In this document: positions 1-12,305 of the stretch, piece by piece
Layout of the letters: every line of letters starts with the position of its first letter
Numbering within the stretch: the stretch's first letter is position 1
Source: Schmidtea polychroa
Taxonomy: Eukaryota
NCBI GenBank assembly: GCA_044892525.1
Contig: CM097888.1
Coordinates: 37,758,001-37,822,000 of the forward strand
Direction of reading: 5' to 3'
Length of the DNA: 64,000 nucleotides
Made by a program: the position numbers and the translations under genes
Notes under the pieces: generated by a model
What the model saw: only the letters and a program-made list of their open reading frames with translations
Told to the model about the DNA's origin: nothing
Databases searched by the model: none

Positions 1-1653
1 ATTTTAATTTATAATATATTTTGTTTAAACCAAACAAATTTTAAAAATTTTAATATTTATAGGTATTTGAATTTTTTAAAATTAAATTTGAAAATTTTCG
101 TTAATATTTTTTTAAACGAGATAAATTAAAAAAAATTTTATTTTTAAATTTCAAATATTTAATCTATTCTTCATTAAAAGGAATTCTGAAAAAGAACTTC
201 TAACATTAAAATTTAATAAATAAAATCTCAAATTTAGGTGTTTCAAAGGCAAAATATGATATGAAAAATAAAAAATGCTACAACGTACCATTGAACATGA
301 ATCAATATTGTTCACCGAAATCTTAATAAAATGTAGGAAAAATGACAATAGAATAATTATTCATTGATAAAATGTCAAAAGGAATGCATTTTTACTTGTA
401 AAATTTAGCTATTCAATTTTTGAAGTTTTAAAATTATTTTATCACCATACTCCAATGTACCCCATTGTACTATATATACTCAGATTTAGTCACCCAATCA
501 AATTCCTCATTATTGGAAGCTATTCTACACTATTCAAACCCAATTCCTTTGTTTTTACACAATTTTACCCCAGCCCTTACCCCTTCAAACAAATTAAATT
601 TTCAAAGTATTTAGCAAAAACAGCTTCTAATTAAAATCATATATTCTCATTCATACAGAAAATAAATAAATTAATTTGTAAAGAATAAAAATGAACATTA
701 CTCAATAATTATAATTAAAGTTGATTTATATTCATATTTAAATTTCGTATCATCGTAAAATTTAATGAATTAAAATCTATAAACTATTAGCATTGCACAA
801 TTACCAATAAAGCTTAAAAATAACACATTATTGGAATTAGACATTTTTTTCATATTAATTATGCATTGTTTAACCACTAAAATTTGTATTCATTTAACTT
901 AAAACTATTACTATATTTTATCGGGAATGATACAATTAAAATTATTTATAATACAGAAAAAACATTTTACTTGTCCGGCAACACTTTCACCATCATAATA
1001 AATATAAAATTTTTCTTTTGAACCATTTTCATTGCGTACTTCTATATACTTACGAGATTCAGATCCTTGTAATAATATATCTATATTCGCACTTTGCCCA
1101 AAACCAAATAAATTCTTAAATTAAATAAATATTTATAAATTCTTAACTCATTTAATTAACTGACCATTCTCAAATTCAATGATAATTAATAGTAAATTTT
1201 AATTATTTATAACCTTTAACTGCAAAAATAATAATAATGTAGTTGATTAAAACACTAATATTAATGTTATAAATCTTTACAAATTAAAAATTTAATTATG
1301 AGTCATTTGTAATTTTGAAATTTGTTAAAACTTAACTAGACATTAATTTTTAAAATATAATTTTATTTAAATAATAAAAAGAAGGAAATTTGTAAAATGA
1401 AAATACAATTGTAAAAATTCCACAGAAATACGAAACTGACTTATTATAATTTTTGTTAAAAAATTTATTCATACACATTTATATAATCTTCTGGAATATC
1501 GTTATAACTGACATCAAATTCTGCCAATAATTGACTGCATCGCTATTTCGTATAGAATCATTTGTTCCAGTGCTCGAAGTGGAACAAAATATGTGCCGGG
1601 ATAGGCATGCTGTGGCACCCGGGATTCCAGGCTTTTATGCAGAAATTTTCAGT

Positions 1654-1792
1654 TGGGGGTGTTGCAAAACTTTGGGGGGTGTCCAACAAATTTTTTTTGG
1701 GGGGGGGTGTCCACCCATTTAATCATAAGTTTCAGGGGGTGTACCTGTTTTAATGTTGGGGGGGGGTGTCAAACAATTTTGGGGGGTGGGTA
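1654..1792 (+). repeat. Subterminal G-tract (GGGGGTGT) array inside the hAT
   Basis: Six G5-G9 tracts, five of them followed by TGT, spaced about 20-35 nt apart. Confidence 0.7.
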
Positions 1793-2101
1793 AATCCCTG
1801 CGGGATTCTCATTTTTAACCAAGCAAAATGACAGAGATTTTTTGCATGTGTAAATTTGTCTGATAAATAATCGGAAATTTTGTTTCAAATATAAAGCTTC
1901 AACGTCTTACTCTGATAGTCCTTTTGGTAATAGCCCATTTTCTCACATTACCTCAAAAAACTGCAAATTCACTTAACTTTCTACGTGCTTTTATTCAACA
2001 TTTAATTACGGTAAAATATATTAAAGAACTGGTAGCACTAAATGCTGTCAAACATGTTGAGAACATATCGTCAACAGAGTGGGAATAACACTAACAAACC
2101 C

Positions 2102-4345
2102 TCATAACTTGCAGAGAGAGTACATTGATGTTTCGCTAACGGGATCATCACGGACAATTCGCGATAGGCAGTTCTTTTCGTCTGCATGTCTGTGGCCACT
2201 GGTTAGCCAACTTTGCACATAAGCAGAGGGCTTCCATAATCTTAATGGGGGATCCACAAGGCGAATCATCATTAGTGCAGAAGCACGCGATATGGATAAG
2301 CTTGAGCGGCAGTCAGTAACAATTAGATTCATGGCACTGAACCCACGTTCACACTCGGCAGTTGATACAGGAATGCATTCTATTGTACGGAGAAGTGGCA
2401 GCAGTTTTTGTGAAATGCGCTTGCCACCATTTTCAATAAATTCCCGCATCCCCTGGAGAGAGCTAGCAGTGTCGATTTTGAATCGGGTGCAAAGCGCCCG
2501 GATACTGTCATCACCGTATAAAATATCCATTGAATCGGGCCAGAAGGATGGGTATAACACTTTAAGGTGATTGTAAAGCAGCGTGTTCGTAGAATGTGCG
2601 GATGTTACGTTGCTGGAATGATGTGTTGGGAGAAGTCGCGATTCCAGATTGTTTCGTAAGGCTTGGAAAAACCGATTAGCATTAATGAGTACATCGCATT
2701 TGCTGCCCTCGTGCAGGGTAATTCCTTTGAACGCTGGTTTTTCAGAGATTTCACACAAATGCTCTCCTCTTCCTTTTTTTAGGGACTCTAGGACAAGCAG
2801 CTCACGGTTGATGAGTTTGTGTGCCTCTGGAATGCTCATGTCCCGGCGCTGTAGAGAAAGTGAAAGGTCTGCTAGCTCTTGTAAGCCATCGTACATCACA
2901 GCTAAATTGTGCACAAAAGTGAAAGTAGATAACCGTAGAGAAAGGCCAATGTAGGTAGCCTGCTCTCGTTTATCTCTGGATGGATCTATGGCAGCCTGTT
3001 GAAAGTGATAATAGAGAGCTGGATAATTTTCCCATACTGCTTTTATTGTCCGCAGGCTTGATGCCACCCAACGTGTACTTAATATTCGTCCAATCGAAAG
3101 CAGTTGCTTTCCAAGTGAATTTGCTACATCGTGCAATTCCCGTTGATTTTTAGGTGAGGCATGATACAAACTGTACAGTTTATCCATAAAACAACGGAAA
3201 TTGTTTACTCCACAAACCTCTTCTACAGTATCTCCGACTCCCAATTCTAAACGGTGTGCCGCACAGTGCCAGATAACAACGTGGGGGAATTTCCTCACAA
3301 TAAGTGCACCAACTCCAGCGCGACGTCCCAACATAACTGAAGCGCCATCACAGCAAAAGCCAATCCAATTTTCAGTGAGATAAGCTTCACCAATACCGTG
3401 CTTCTCCAAAGAAACTAGAAGATCTTGAAATATAACTTGGGATGTCGTTCCATTCAATTCAATTAAATCCAGGAAGACAGTATTGACCTCATGGTGCAAG
3501 ACGCAGCGAATGTAAATTATCAACGTAGCTTTTTGGCTAAGTGAGGTCGATTCATCAATGAGGATAGATATCTTGGCATTCTGACTAATGATTTCCTCCA
3601 ACATCCTTTTACGCATCTCTTTTGCAATGTTGTCAATTATATTGGCGCATGCATGATCGCTGTGGAGAATCCTTCCCATGTCTATTCCATTGAGCCGTTG
3701 CAAGTCGATTTCCATCTCCATGTCCGAAAAAGGCCTGTTTAACTTGGCCTGTTTATATGCCGTTCGGAAAACTCTTTCAGTAGATGCCTCATAAGCTTTA
3801 CAATGAATAGTTGCCAGATTTTCCATAATCGCAGATTTCTGAGTATTCAATATCATACATGCTGTCTTATGTGCTGAGCTATTCAAGTGATCAAGCATCT
3901 TTTTGCGGAGAGACTGTTGCTGCTTTGCAAGAGTGTCACCATAGTGTGTAACATTTGCCGACATCCATTCCTCTGACATTTTGACGCCACGACTTTTATG
4001 CGGACCAAGCAATTTCACCTTGTGACACGTGGAACATCCTAAATTCTTAGCAGAAACAATCAGCCAATCATATTTGCTTTTGTATTTCAGCCAGGTTTCC
4101 ACTGTCCAACAATCAGGTATAGATGGAGAATCACGTTGCACTGTCTCAGAGTCATTGGGGATAATGGTGATTGACGATGACACACTAGAAGTAGATGGAG
4201 AATCACGTTGCTCTGTCTCAGAGTCATTGGGAATAATGGTGATTGACGATGACACACTAGAAGTAGATGGAGAATCACTTCGTTGCATTTTCAGAGCCTT
4301 CGGCTTAAAAAAATCATCAATCCGTTTCACTCGTTTAAGAGACAT
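2102..4345 (-). CDS. hAT transposase, ZNF862-like type, ~747 aa
   Basis: Motifs DESTS, CCDGASVM, HCAAHRLEL, TRW and the C-terminal hATC dimerization motif IPVSTAECERGFSAMN. The ORF-track start at 4384 is TTG; the first in-frame ATG is 4345 (MSLKRVKRIDDFFK). Confidence 0.92.
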   Translation of the reverse strand: MSLKRVKRIDDFFKPKALKMQRSDSPSTSSVSSSITIIPNDSETEQRDSPSTSSVSSSITIIPNDSETVQRDSPSIPDCWTVETWLKYKSKYDWLIVSAKNLGCSTCHKVKLLGPHKSRGVKMSEEWMSANVTHYGDTLAKQQQSLRKKMLDHLNSSAHKTACMILNTQKSAIMENLATIHCKAYEASTERVFRTAYKQAKLNRPFSDMEMEIDLQRLNGIDMGRILHSDHACANIIDNIAKEMRKRMLEEIISQNAKISILIDESTSLSQKATLIIYIRCVLHHEVNTVFLDLIELNGTTSQVIFQDLLVSLEKHGIGEAYLTENWIGFCCDGASVMLGRRAGVGALIVRKFPHVVIWHCAAHRLELGVGDTVEEVCGVNNFRCFMDKLYSLYHASPKNQRELHDVANSLGKQLLSIGRILSTRWVASSLRTIKAVWENYPALYYHFQQAAIDPSRDKREQATYIGLSLRLSTFTFVHNLAVMYDGLQELADLSLSLQRRDMSIPEAHKLINRELLVLESLKKGRGEHLCEISEKPAFKGITLHEGSKCDVLINANRFFQALRNNLESRLLPTHHSSNVTSAHSTNTLLYNHLKVLYPSFWPDSMDILYGDDSIRALCTRFKIDTASSLQGMREFIENGGKRISQKLLPLLRTIECIPVSTAECERGFSAMNLIVTDCRSSLSISRASALMMIRLVDPPLRLWKPSAYVQSWLTSGHRHADEKNCLSRIVRDDPVSETSMYSLCKL
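4121..4279. repeat. 72-bp in-frame tandem repeat (2 copies plus a partial) in the transposase N-terminus
   Basis: AGATGGAGAATCAC recurs at 4121, 4193 and 4265; it encodes DSPSTSSVSSSITIIPNDSET(E/V)QR twice. Confidence 0.95.
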
Positions 4346-5884
4346 GAGTAACTCAGACAAAAGGCTCACAAGCAATAGTGTCAATAGACAATGTGAGTGG
4401 ACAGTCCAAATGTGTGAGATAAGAATAGAGGGATAGAAAGAGCTAGACTATGTGGTCGTGATTATGAGTTGCTATTAAGTTAATTGGTTCATTTCATAGA
4501 CACAAAATACGTAATAACACACCCTTTGTGTAAGCTACGCAGTGCCCGTGACAAGAAACTCATGCCTACACTTTCACACACACACCTTTAATACATCAAA
4601 ACTCATACTATATACAGTGGATAAGAAGTACGATAAAAGCATTGAAGCGGTCCTATCTCTTACATATTGTGATTGTCAATATGTGCATGTGTATGTATAT
4701 CTGCGTAGCACATATATGTTTTCTTATCACGTTAATTATAACAGCTCTCTGCATGTGAAATCATGCACACATTATATATAGAGGGGGTCGCAGTATAAAT
4801 AACTCAACAAACAACTTGCTGGTTTAACTAAAATAAATAAGAGAATATACCTACCTATCCATTACTGCTGCTTGGGAAATTCTTAATTGAATAGAGAATA
4901 GAGAATAAAGAATATATATATACATACATATATGGATGTACTATGTGTGACCTTAATTGCAGTATTTGTGTGCCTATAAAATGAAATAAGTACCGGGATA
5001 AACCTATAGATTATATGAAATGAAGTGCCGGGATGCAATTCCGCCTACATAATCAATGCCGGGATAATATCCCGGCTATCCCGCCTCACTTCGAGCACTG
5101 ATTTGTTCTAATCTCTCATATTCAGCAACTGACCTCTCCTTAAATGCGCATTTCTTGTTCAAGTAGCGGGCTTGTAGGACATTAGCAGTGATTTTATTCC
5201 ATGAATTCTTCACCAAAATCGCGCCCTTCTGCATAATATTGTTTTAAGCAAATATTATCTAAGTAATTTCATTCATCTTCATATTATTTTCGATTAATGG
5301 AGTATCTGAAAATTTAAGGTATCCTGCATAAGAGGACTTATTATTTTTTAGAGTTCTAATTATATATATATCACTTGAGAGGCCTAAGTTCAAAAATAAA
5401 AATACAAATATTTTTAAAGCAATATTTTATTGATAGTAAAAGACTATTTTTTAAAACTTTACAGTAAGCTATTTTTAACTAAGTCTAAGATTCCTTGCTA
5501 CTTCAATATCTCGCCAATAATTATGTTGAGGTCCGTAAATTAAAATAAATTGAAATGAAATTTAGGTTAAATAAAAAGTAAGTGAAGGAAAAAAGACAAA
5601 TAAAAGCGTGATCATGCATGGAAGTGATAGTAAAGGAAAGTACGATGGAAGCAGTATTAGAAAATGCCAAAAGCAATTACGAAAGGCAAGAATCCGGAAA
5701 TCCGAGAAAAATCAATAAATTGAAGAATCATCGAAATCGAATGGGGAAAACGGGACAGGTATAGAGTAGCTAATGGTCAACAAGATGATGGCTAGGGATT
5801 TATCAGAAAATGGTTAGGAAGGGTCGAAAAGCATTGAAATGTACGAAAACAGAAAACGTTAATTAATTAATTAATTGGCTAATA

Positions 5885-5955
5885 GAAAACCCGAGCTAAT
5901 GGGAAACCCGAGCCAATGGAGAACCCGAGAGATGAATGAAACCCAAGCTGGGTAA
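5885..5955. repeat. Degenerate 17-18-bp tandem repeat within an unclassified purine-rich repeat remnant
   Basis: GAAACCCGAG-like unit seen four times. Confidence 0.6.
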
Positions 5956-8076
5956 ACAAGAAGAAAAGTAAACAGAAGGAAGATTTGGGTCCATTAACTT
6001 GACACAATGATTAATTGGAAAAGAGCAAGGAGAAGATTGTGAGTGTAGAAAGGCCGGAAGGGCCAATAATTATCTGGATTCGTTGGACCATTATGAGTGA
6101 CAGCCGAAGCAGATACGTGGAAGCAAATGTCAAGTGAAAGATTGGCTTGGCAATGACCATTGTCATCCCGATTTCGAGGAGTATATAAGGAAAGGGAAAA
6201 TCAGAGAAAATCGGCATTTTGCCTCAGGTAGGGTAAGAAGAAACCGAGCTTAGGAAAAGGCGAAAATGAATTTAGGAGATAAGGAAGAAGAATAGATAGA
6301 ATAAGAATAAAAAGCGTTCTCGTTCTACTAGATAGTAAACTTTTTGTTGGCTCAGACAAATCACCGAAATTTTGTCTACTATGTTGATGGACGATCATAA
6401 TTAACGAAACTCTAGGATATTTGGATCTATTAATTTCTACTAGCGATGTCAATTTATCAAGAAACGTGTCCTACCACAAGAGTTTGATGGGTGATTGCAC
6501 ATTACGAGTGGCTCTGACATCAACTTCAGCCTAGTCTATCGGTCTTGAAATGTCTATCCTTTCGAATTGAGATTTTACGTTGAAATGGATTTACGCCTAT
6601 TTATCGATAGTCAACTATATACGACGATTTAATTCCTAGAAATATTTCCTCATAAGTTTTATGAATTTTCCATTTTACTGTTGAACTTATGACTTCAGAT
6701 AGATGATAAAATTTACTATTATTACGATCTCTGCAACCTATCATGCTCGTGTCAGTTGTCAAACTCATTTTATCTGAAACGAAATTTCAGAATATACCAT
6801 TAGCTTCTGTATCAATGTCAAACTATTCATATTCGAATTCAATCCTACATCATTACGCTCAACTTGGTCAAAATTAGATCTACCTTCTATCACTGACTCT
6901 ATTCCTATTTAAATTCCTCAACAATGCTCCAAACAAGTGGACATCTGCGGCAGTATCAGCACGAATACCAACACCGCACGAACATCGTTCAATCTGGTGG
7001 CATTAAAAGCATATAAGTCATAAAGCGCAAATTGAATAATAAAAATTCCGCACCAAAACATAAAACTCCTGAAAATTAATCTTATCATTTCGAATATCAT
7101 TAATTCCGAAGAAAATCTTTACCATAATAAAATGTGAGAGGAAAAAGAAAACGATTTTCAATTAATATTTAATGGTTAAAATTACATTTATGTCATATAT
7201 TATTTTAGAAAGAATTCAACATTCCAAAAATAAAATGAAATAATAATTACATTTTTTTCAAAAGTCCCTAATCGCAACTGAATATATGAATATAAATTTC
7301 TTTGGTTATCCTCGAATTCTGAGTTAGATTTTCGTACAGTGATGAGTCTCGCGTCCTAAATCTATGGAAATTAGATAAATAGCATTGGGGAATCACTTTC
7401 TCAGATTTCTATATATACTAATCAGATTATTATATTAACCAATCCGGATTGAGGATTGGTGTAATTTGTATGTTTTGTGTATTTAATTTATTATTTTAAT
7501 GTTTCCTACAGTCTTAGCCTCTAAAATTTTATAATGCACAAAAAAATCGACAATTCAGTTTCACTTAAGAACTGTTGTCTCGATTCCCCAAAACTATTTT
7601 TACTGCGTGTTCCAAACAACTGTTTCAAACGATTTAATCAATTAAATTGAAAAACCTTTTCTGTTTAGTGAAAATCGAGAAAATGTTCGTACAAATTTGC
7701 TAGCTAAATCAACTTTTATAATCAAATCCTCTTTCTGTTCAATTTTTGATCTCCGTTGAAATCCACATGTTCAAAATCTGACAAATTAATATTCTAAACA
7801 CCAAAATACTTCGCTAGAGTTTCAGATGATGTGTGAAAATTGCATATTACCGCCTTCGCATTCCATAATAAGAGTAAAAAAAACGATAAATGCATACATA
7901 AAACAAAAATATTTTTCACAGATGGAACAATATTGTTCAAATTGGACTAGTTATTAAACAATAGAATGGAAATTGTTATGAAAATAACAAATTTCTGTAC
8001 AATTTTGCCGCCTTTTGTATTTTTCCGCCGTGGCGCCTGCGTGAAAATCACGCATCGTACCCGCCTCACGCCGGGC

Positions 8077-8079
<3 letters not shown>

Positions 8080-8119
<40 letters not shown>
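8080..8119. repeat. (TA)n microsatellite
   Basis: About 20 TA units read directly. Confidence 0.98.
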
Positions 8120-8120
<1 letters not shown>

Positions 8121-8988
8121 CATAAGTCAATTTTTATAAGTGATGTTCTGCAGATATAGTAATTGTATATTAAAATTTAACTAAATAAAAAACATGCAAT
8201 TCGGTAACAGGCAAGAGGATGATTAATAAAGCCAACTCCTTCGAGTAAGTGTAATATAAACAAAGCAATTTGAATTCTTTAATGATAATTAATGAAACCA
8301 ACTACTCAACTGTTTAGAATACGATGGGCAATCAAGTCATAGTAAAAAAAGACACAGGTTTCTTTGTGAAATCCAACTTAAACAAAAACGAAATAGTAAT
8401 CATTTAGTTATCTACGGGACAAGAACCACAGCAACATAAAAGAAGTACGCTTCAGTAACTCGAATTTTGTCCAGGTTTACGTTCATGCACAGATAGATTA
8501 GATTTTCTGCCTGGGATTTCTCATTAAAATTACCTGTTACCAAAAAGACTGATAACCAGAAACTAGAATAAATCAAAATTGTATAAAAAAAATTTGGCCT
8601 ATATAAACAGTTTATTGTTTTAAAAATATATTGAACCGAAATTCATTTGTGTAATTTCAGAAATGAATCTAAAAAAATTATTATTTGGTAACAATTTGAA
8701 CAAAATAACATTCAAAATATTTAACAATTAAACACAATTAAATATTTCCCACGATTTATTAAAAAATAGAGTAAGTGAAATATTATAATAAAATAGAAAA
8801 TAATAGAATAACATTTTCACATTTGCATGAAAATTGTCGTTTATATTTTATTTAATGCGACTAATATCATGCTAAATGAAAAATATAAAAATGTTTTATC
8901 ATCACCTTGCAAAAACTAAAATGAGATATTAATTCAATTTATTTGCTCATTTTTTGTTTAAATCATCCAATAATTTATTATATAAGTT

Positions 8989-10731
8989 TCATTCATTTTG
9001 AACGTTGGTTTTCAATTCTAATTTCGTAGAAACCGTGTCATCATTTACATGAGTTGTATGAGTATGAGATGACTTTTCCGTTTTTGAGGATTTGGATAGA
9101 TTGCCAGACAGGGATACAAATGTGCTGGTAACTATTGCCCTTACACGTTTTGCCCAAACAAAACAAATCATTAAAAAAAAACCTTGAAGACTGTTAATCA
9201 TTGCTAGAATGAAGATAAGTAGGGTTATACTGGAAAGATTTGCAAATATCTGAAGCACATATCCTAATCCAAAGACCGTGGTAAGTCTGACACAAAGCCA
9301 AAGAGTTGAATTTGATTCTTTCTTTTGTACAACACGACATTCTTTTGACGTTTTTATAATCCGATAAAATACAATAACACACGAAACACTGTTCCATAAC
9401 AGTAATAGGCATACAGGTATATAGTACCAGATTAATCCACTTAGAAGATTGGTAAACCAACAGTGTTTCCCTCCATATCTCGGTCGTATTGTAGAATTAT
9501 TTGGCATCGTAAACTCTACAATTACTGACGAACAAACGATTATCGCCACACAACTGAACCCAGTTATACAATAACAACAAAATGTTTTCCAAGTTTTCTT
9601 TTTCCCCATATTCGTGGATCGAAATCCAAATGTTTGCAACAAATCTAGAGCATATACCGCCATCCAGACAAACGTACTAAGACTGACAAATTGATGAGAT
9701 ATAGCTATATATAAACAGGCGGAGGATGTTACAACACGGTTATTTGAGACCAACAAAACGAAAAAATTTGACAACCAAAGACATATACTTAAACAGACGG
9801 TAAGGTAACCTCCAAAATTTCGAAAAATACTTTGAGTCGTGTAGAGAATGATTAACATGAATAAGCAAACCATTGATAAACAAGTAAAGATAAATGAAAA
9901 AGTATCTATAATAAAATATACAATTGGGTCACTGTATGTAACATTTTTATTTGTAAGATTTAGATGAGGAGCCGGCTTATTTTGGGATTCATCTTCCCAT
10001 TCTGCAAAATTTAGGCTAAATGAAAATGCACTGCTTGCAACATCTAACAATTGTGGTAATTGTGTAAAACAAGATATATTTCTACAATTGCAACAATGAT
10101 AATTTTTATAAAATTTCCTTCCGTCAGAAACTATCTCCAAATTTCCATTTAAACACATATCGGATACATTATCAAACCTTTTCAGCAGAGTTCTCGGACA
10201 CAATCGGGTAAGATTTCTGAAACAAATTCTTTGAAAGTCTGGATCTATCACTGGGGAAATCGAACAACTGTAAGGAGATTTGATCATTATGTCATTTACT
10301 TGTTTACCATTGGTGATATTGTGATCCAAACAAGAAATAGATAAACTAAAGTATTTGTATCGTTTGATATTGTTGCACTTGGCACAATAGTAATTCTCGT
10401 AAATTAATTTATTTTCCCCCATCACAGCTGCATAGGATTTTATTGGTAATTTTGTATCTATCAATTCTTTTGTGCAATATTTGGAATAATAATGATTCTC
10501 ATTGACACATTTATCAATAACCCATATCCTTTCATAGGAATTCTTTGGAAACTCTTTACAACTGGAAATACTTTCTAGACTTCCAGTTTGTTGAAATTTC
10601 TCATGACCGGGACAACAATCACCGAATTTGTCGCAGATTTCATCACACTGACAATACGGATCGGATTTTCTACAATTTTCTGCGCATTGACTCAGGTAAA
10701 ATATCAAAAAAATAGACAAAAGAAAAATCAT
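8989..10731 (-). CDS. Intronless SMB-domain class-B-like (secretin/adhesion/Methuselah-like) 7TM GPCR, copy 1, ~580 aa
   Basis: Signal peptide MIFLLSIFLIFYLSQC (first ATG 10731; track start 10776 is TTG), SMB-like CQCDEICDKFGDCC, Cys-rich ectodomain, seven hydrophobic helices, TM3 FVWM, ECL2 GGKHCWF and TM7 NSLQGFF typical of 7tm_2. Confidence 0.92.
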   Translation of the reverse strand: MIFLLSIFLIFYLSQCAENCRKSDPYCQCDEICDKFGDCCPGHEKFQQTGSLESISSCKEFPKNSYERIWVIDKCVNENHYYSKYCTKELIDTKLPIKSYAAVMGENKLIYENYYCAKCNNIKRYKYFSLSISCLDHNITNGKQVNDIMIKSPYSCSISPVIDPDFQRICFRNLTRLCPRTLLKRFDNVSDMCLNGNLEIVSDGRKFYKNYHCCNCRNISCFTQLPQLLDVASSAFSFSLNFAEWEDESQNKPAPHLNLTNKNVTYSDPIVYFIIDTFSFIFTCLSMVCLFMLIILYTTQSIFRNFGGYLTVCLSICLWLSNFFVLLVSNNRVVTSSACLYIAISHQFVSLSTFVWMAVYALDLLQTFGFRSTNMGKKKTWKTFCCYCITGFSCVAIIVCSSVIVEFTMPNNSTIRPRYGGKHCWFTNLLSGLIWYYIPVCLLLLWNSVSCVIVFYRIIKTSKECRVVQKKESNSTLWLCVRLTTVFGLGYVLQIFANLSSITLLIFILAMINSLQGFFLMICFVWAKRVRAIVTSTFVSLSGNLSKSSKTEKSSHTHTTHVNDDTVSTKLELKTNVQNE

Positions 10732-12305
10732 TGACGATAAATTGAAAAGGAAATTATCAACTAAAATAAATGCCAAGGAAAATATTTATTTTGACATTGC
10801 CTCTTTAGGATTTTCCCATAATTGGAATTGATAATTGCACTATTTATCGATTGAAATTGCTGCGCTGTTTTTGATCGCACTTGGGCTGACTGAAATGTAA
10901 ATAATTTCCCAGATCAAACACTGGTAGATAAAGGGAAAATATTTCCCAATTCTCTGTGCTTGATTGGTATCAACTATAGACAAATCATTAACAATTTCCA
11001 AAAGAAATTTAATCATGTTTATTTATAATTTTTGCATTCAAACTGTTCAACAAGAAATCAACTTTCTAAAATTTATTTAAATTTTTATTAAAATTACACT
11101 AGATTTCCTATTCATTAAAATGGCAAAAAAAAATTTAATTAAATATACCATGTTTCTCCTAATAAAAAACCGTCAGACAATATAAGCTCCATTTTTATTC
11201 CAATGACAAAATATGAAGAATCTGATAATATTATTTCTAATTAATTAATTAATTAATAAATTAAAAAAATAATAAATCTGGGGAAAATTCAAGATTTTTG
11301 TAAGCTTGAGAAATATAATTTATTTTAACATAGCAATAAACTACTACTAAACTATATGAGAGAATAAATGAAATTAAATATCAATTAATTTTATAAAAAA
11401 TTATAAAATTAAATAATAGAAAAACAATCAGTTTTTGAATTTTAATAAATAAATATTTATTATCTTTACTTATTTACTTATAATAAAGAGCGAAAATATG
11501 TAATTAAATATAATTAAATAAATAATTAAAAGAATGTATGTTGTGTATTGATGTGGTAGAAAAACTCTATGCTTACATCATTCTAAGTTGAACAAAAGTC
11601 CTCGTGGAGATTTGTTTGAATATTACAAACAAATTGTTTTTATTAGAATTAAATAAATATTTTGTAAATTTAAGTATTGATGTTATAAATATTAAAAGTA
11701 TTACAACAAATAGAAACCGAAATAATTAAATTAGTAAGAAATCAGCAATTTAAACAAAATTAACCAAATTAATATAATTTATAGGCATATAATATTAATG
11801 TTACTTAATCAATTTTTTTTATTATATTCATTATTTGGTCGAAATTTGAATTTATAATTAAAATTTATTATTTAATACCAATATTTTGCGGCCTATAATA
11901 ATAATGTTGAATTTTCGATTTTTCTTAACTTAAGTTGAATAATTTTATTTTTGAGATAAGGTCGAAAACTTTGTTTTTAATTTTCTTTTTAATTTAATCA
12001 TTTAAATTGTTAAAAAAAACTATAATTATAAATTGTTTAAGTTTGTTTAAATTTCATTGGATACACGTCTGAGTATGATTGCTTTACTCTATTTCGAAAT
12101 CGCTGATTGGTTATTATATTATATTTATTCAAAAGACAACAATTCCGAAAATAAATAGATTTAAAATTTTTAATAATTTGGAGTAATAATAAAATAAAAT
12201 AACTTAAAAAGATGATAATAATATTTATTAATTATGCATAAAGAAAAATTAATTCTAACAAATTCAGTTATGTTTTAGGAAATATTTCTCATGATTTTAA
12301 TGGTT

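Larger units (their letters stand above)
1568..5100 (-). mobile_element. Complete hAT DNA transposon (3533 bp)
   Basis: Perfect 14-bp TIR CAGTGCTCGAAGTG (1568-1581; reverse complement at 5087-5100) and perfect 8-bp TSD ATTTGTTC (1560-1567, 5101-5108). Subterminal CCGGGAT-like motifs occur at both ends, and the element holds an uninterrupted transposase ORF. Confidence 0.96.

Noticed and set aside
2292-4436. Plus-strand ORFs of 60-135 aa inside the hAT
   Set aside because: Antisense shadows of the GC-rich transposase and its 72-bp repeat; no motifs.
6920-7030. CSC...H SWIM-like peptide on the minus strand
   Set aside because: Lacks the third Cys, is short, and has no supporting motifs.
8030-8079. 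GC-rich hAT-like terminus before (TA)n
   Set aside because: No partner end or TSD found.
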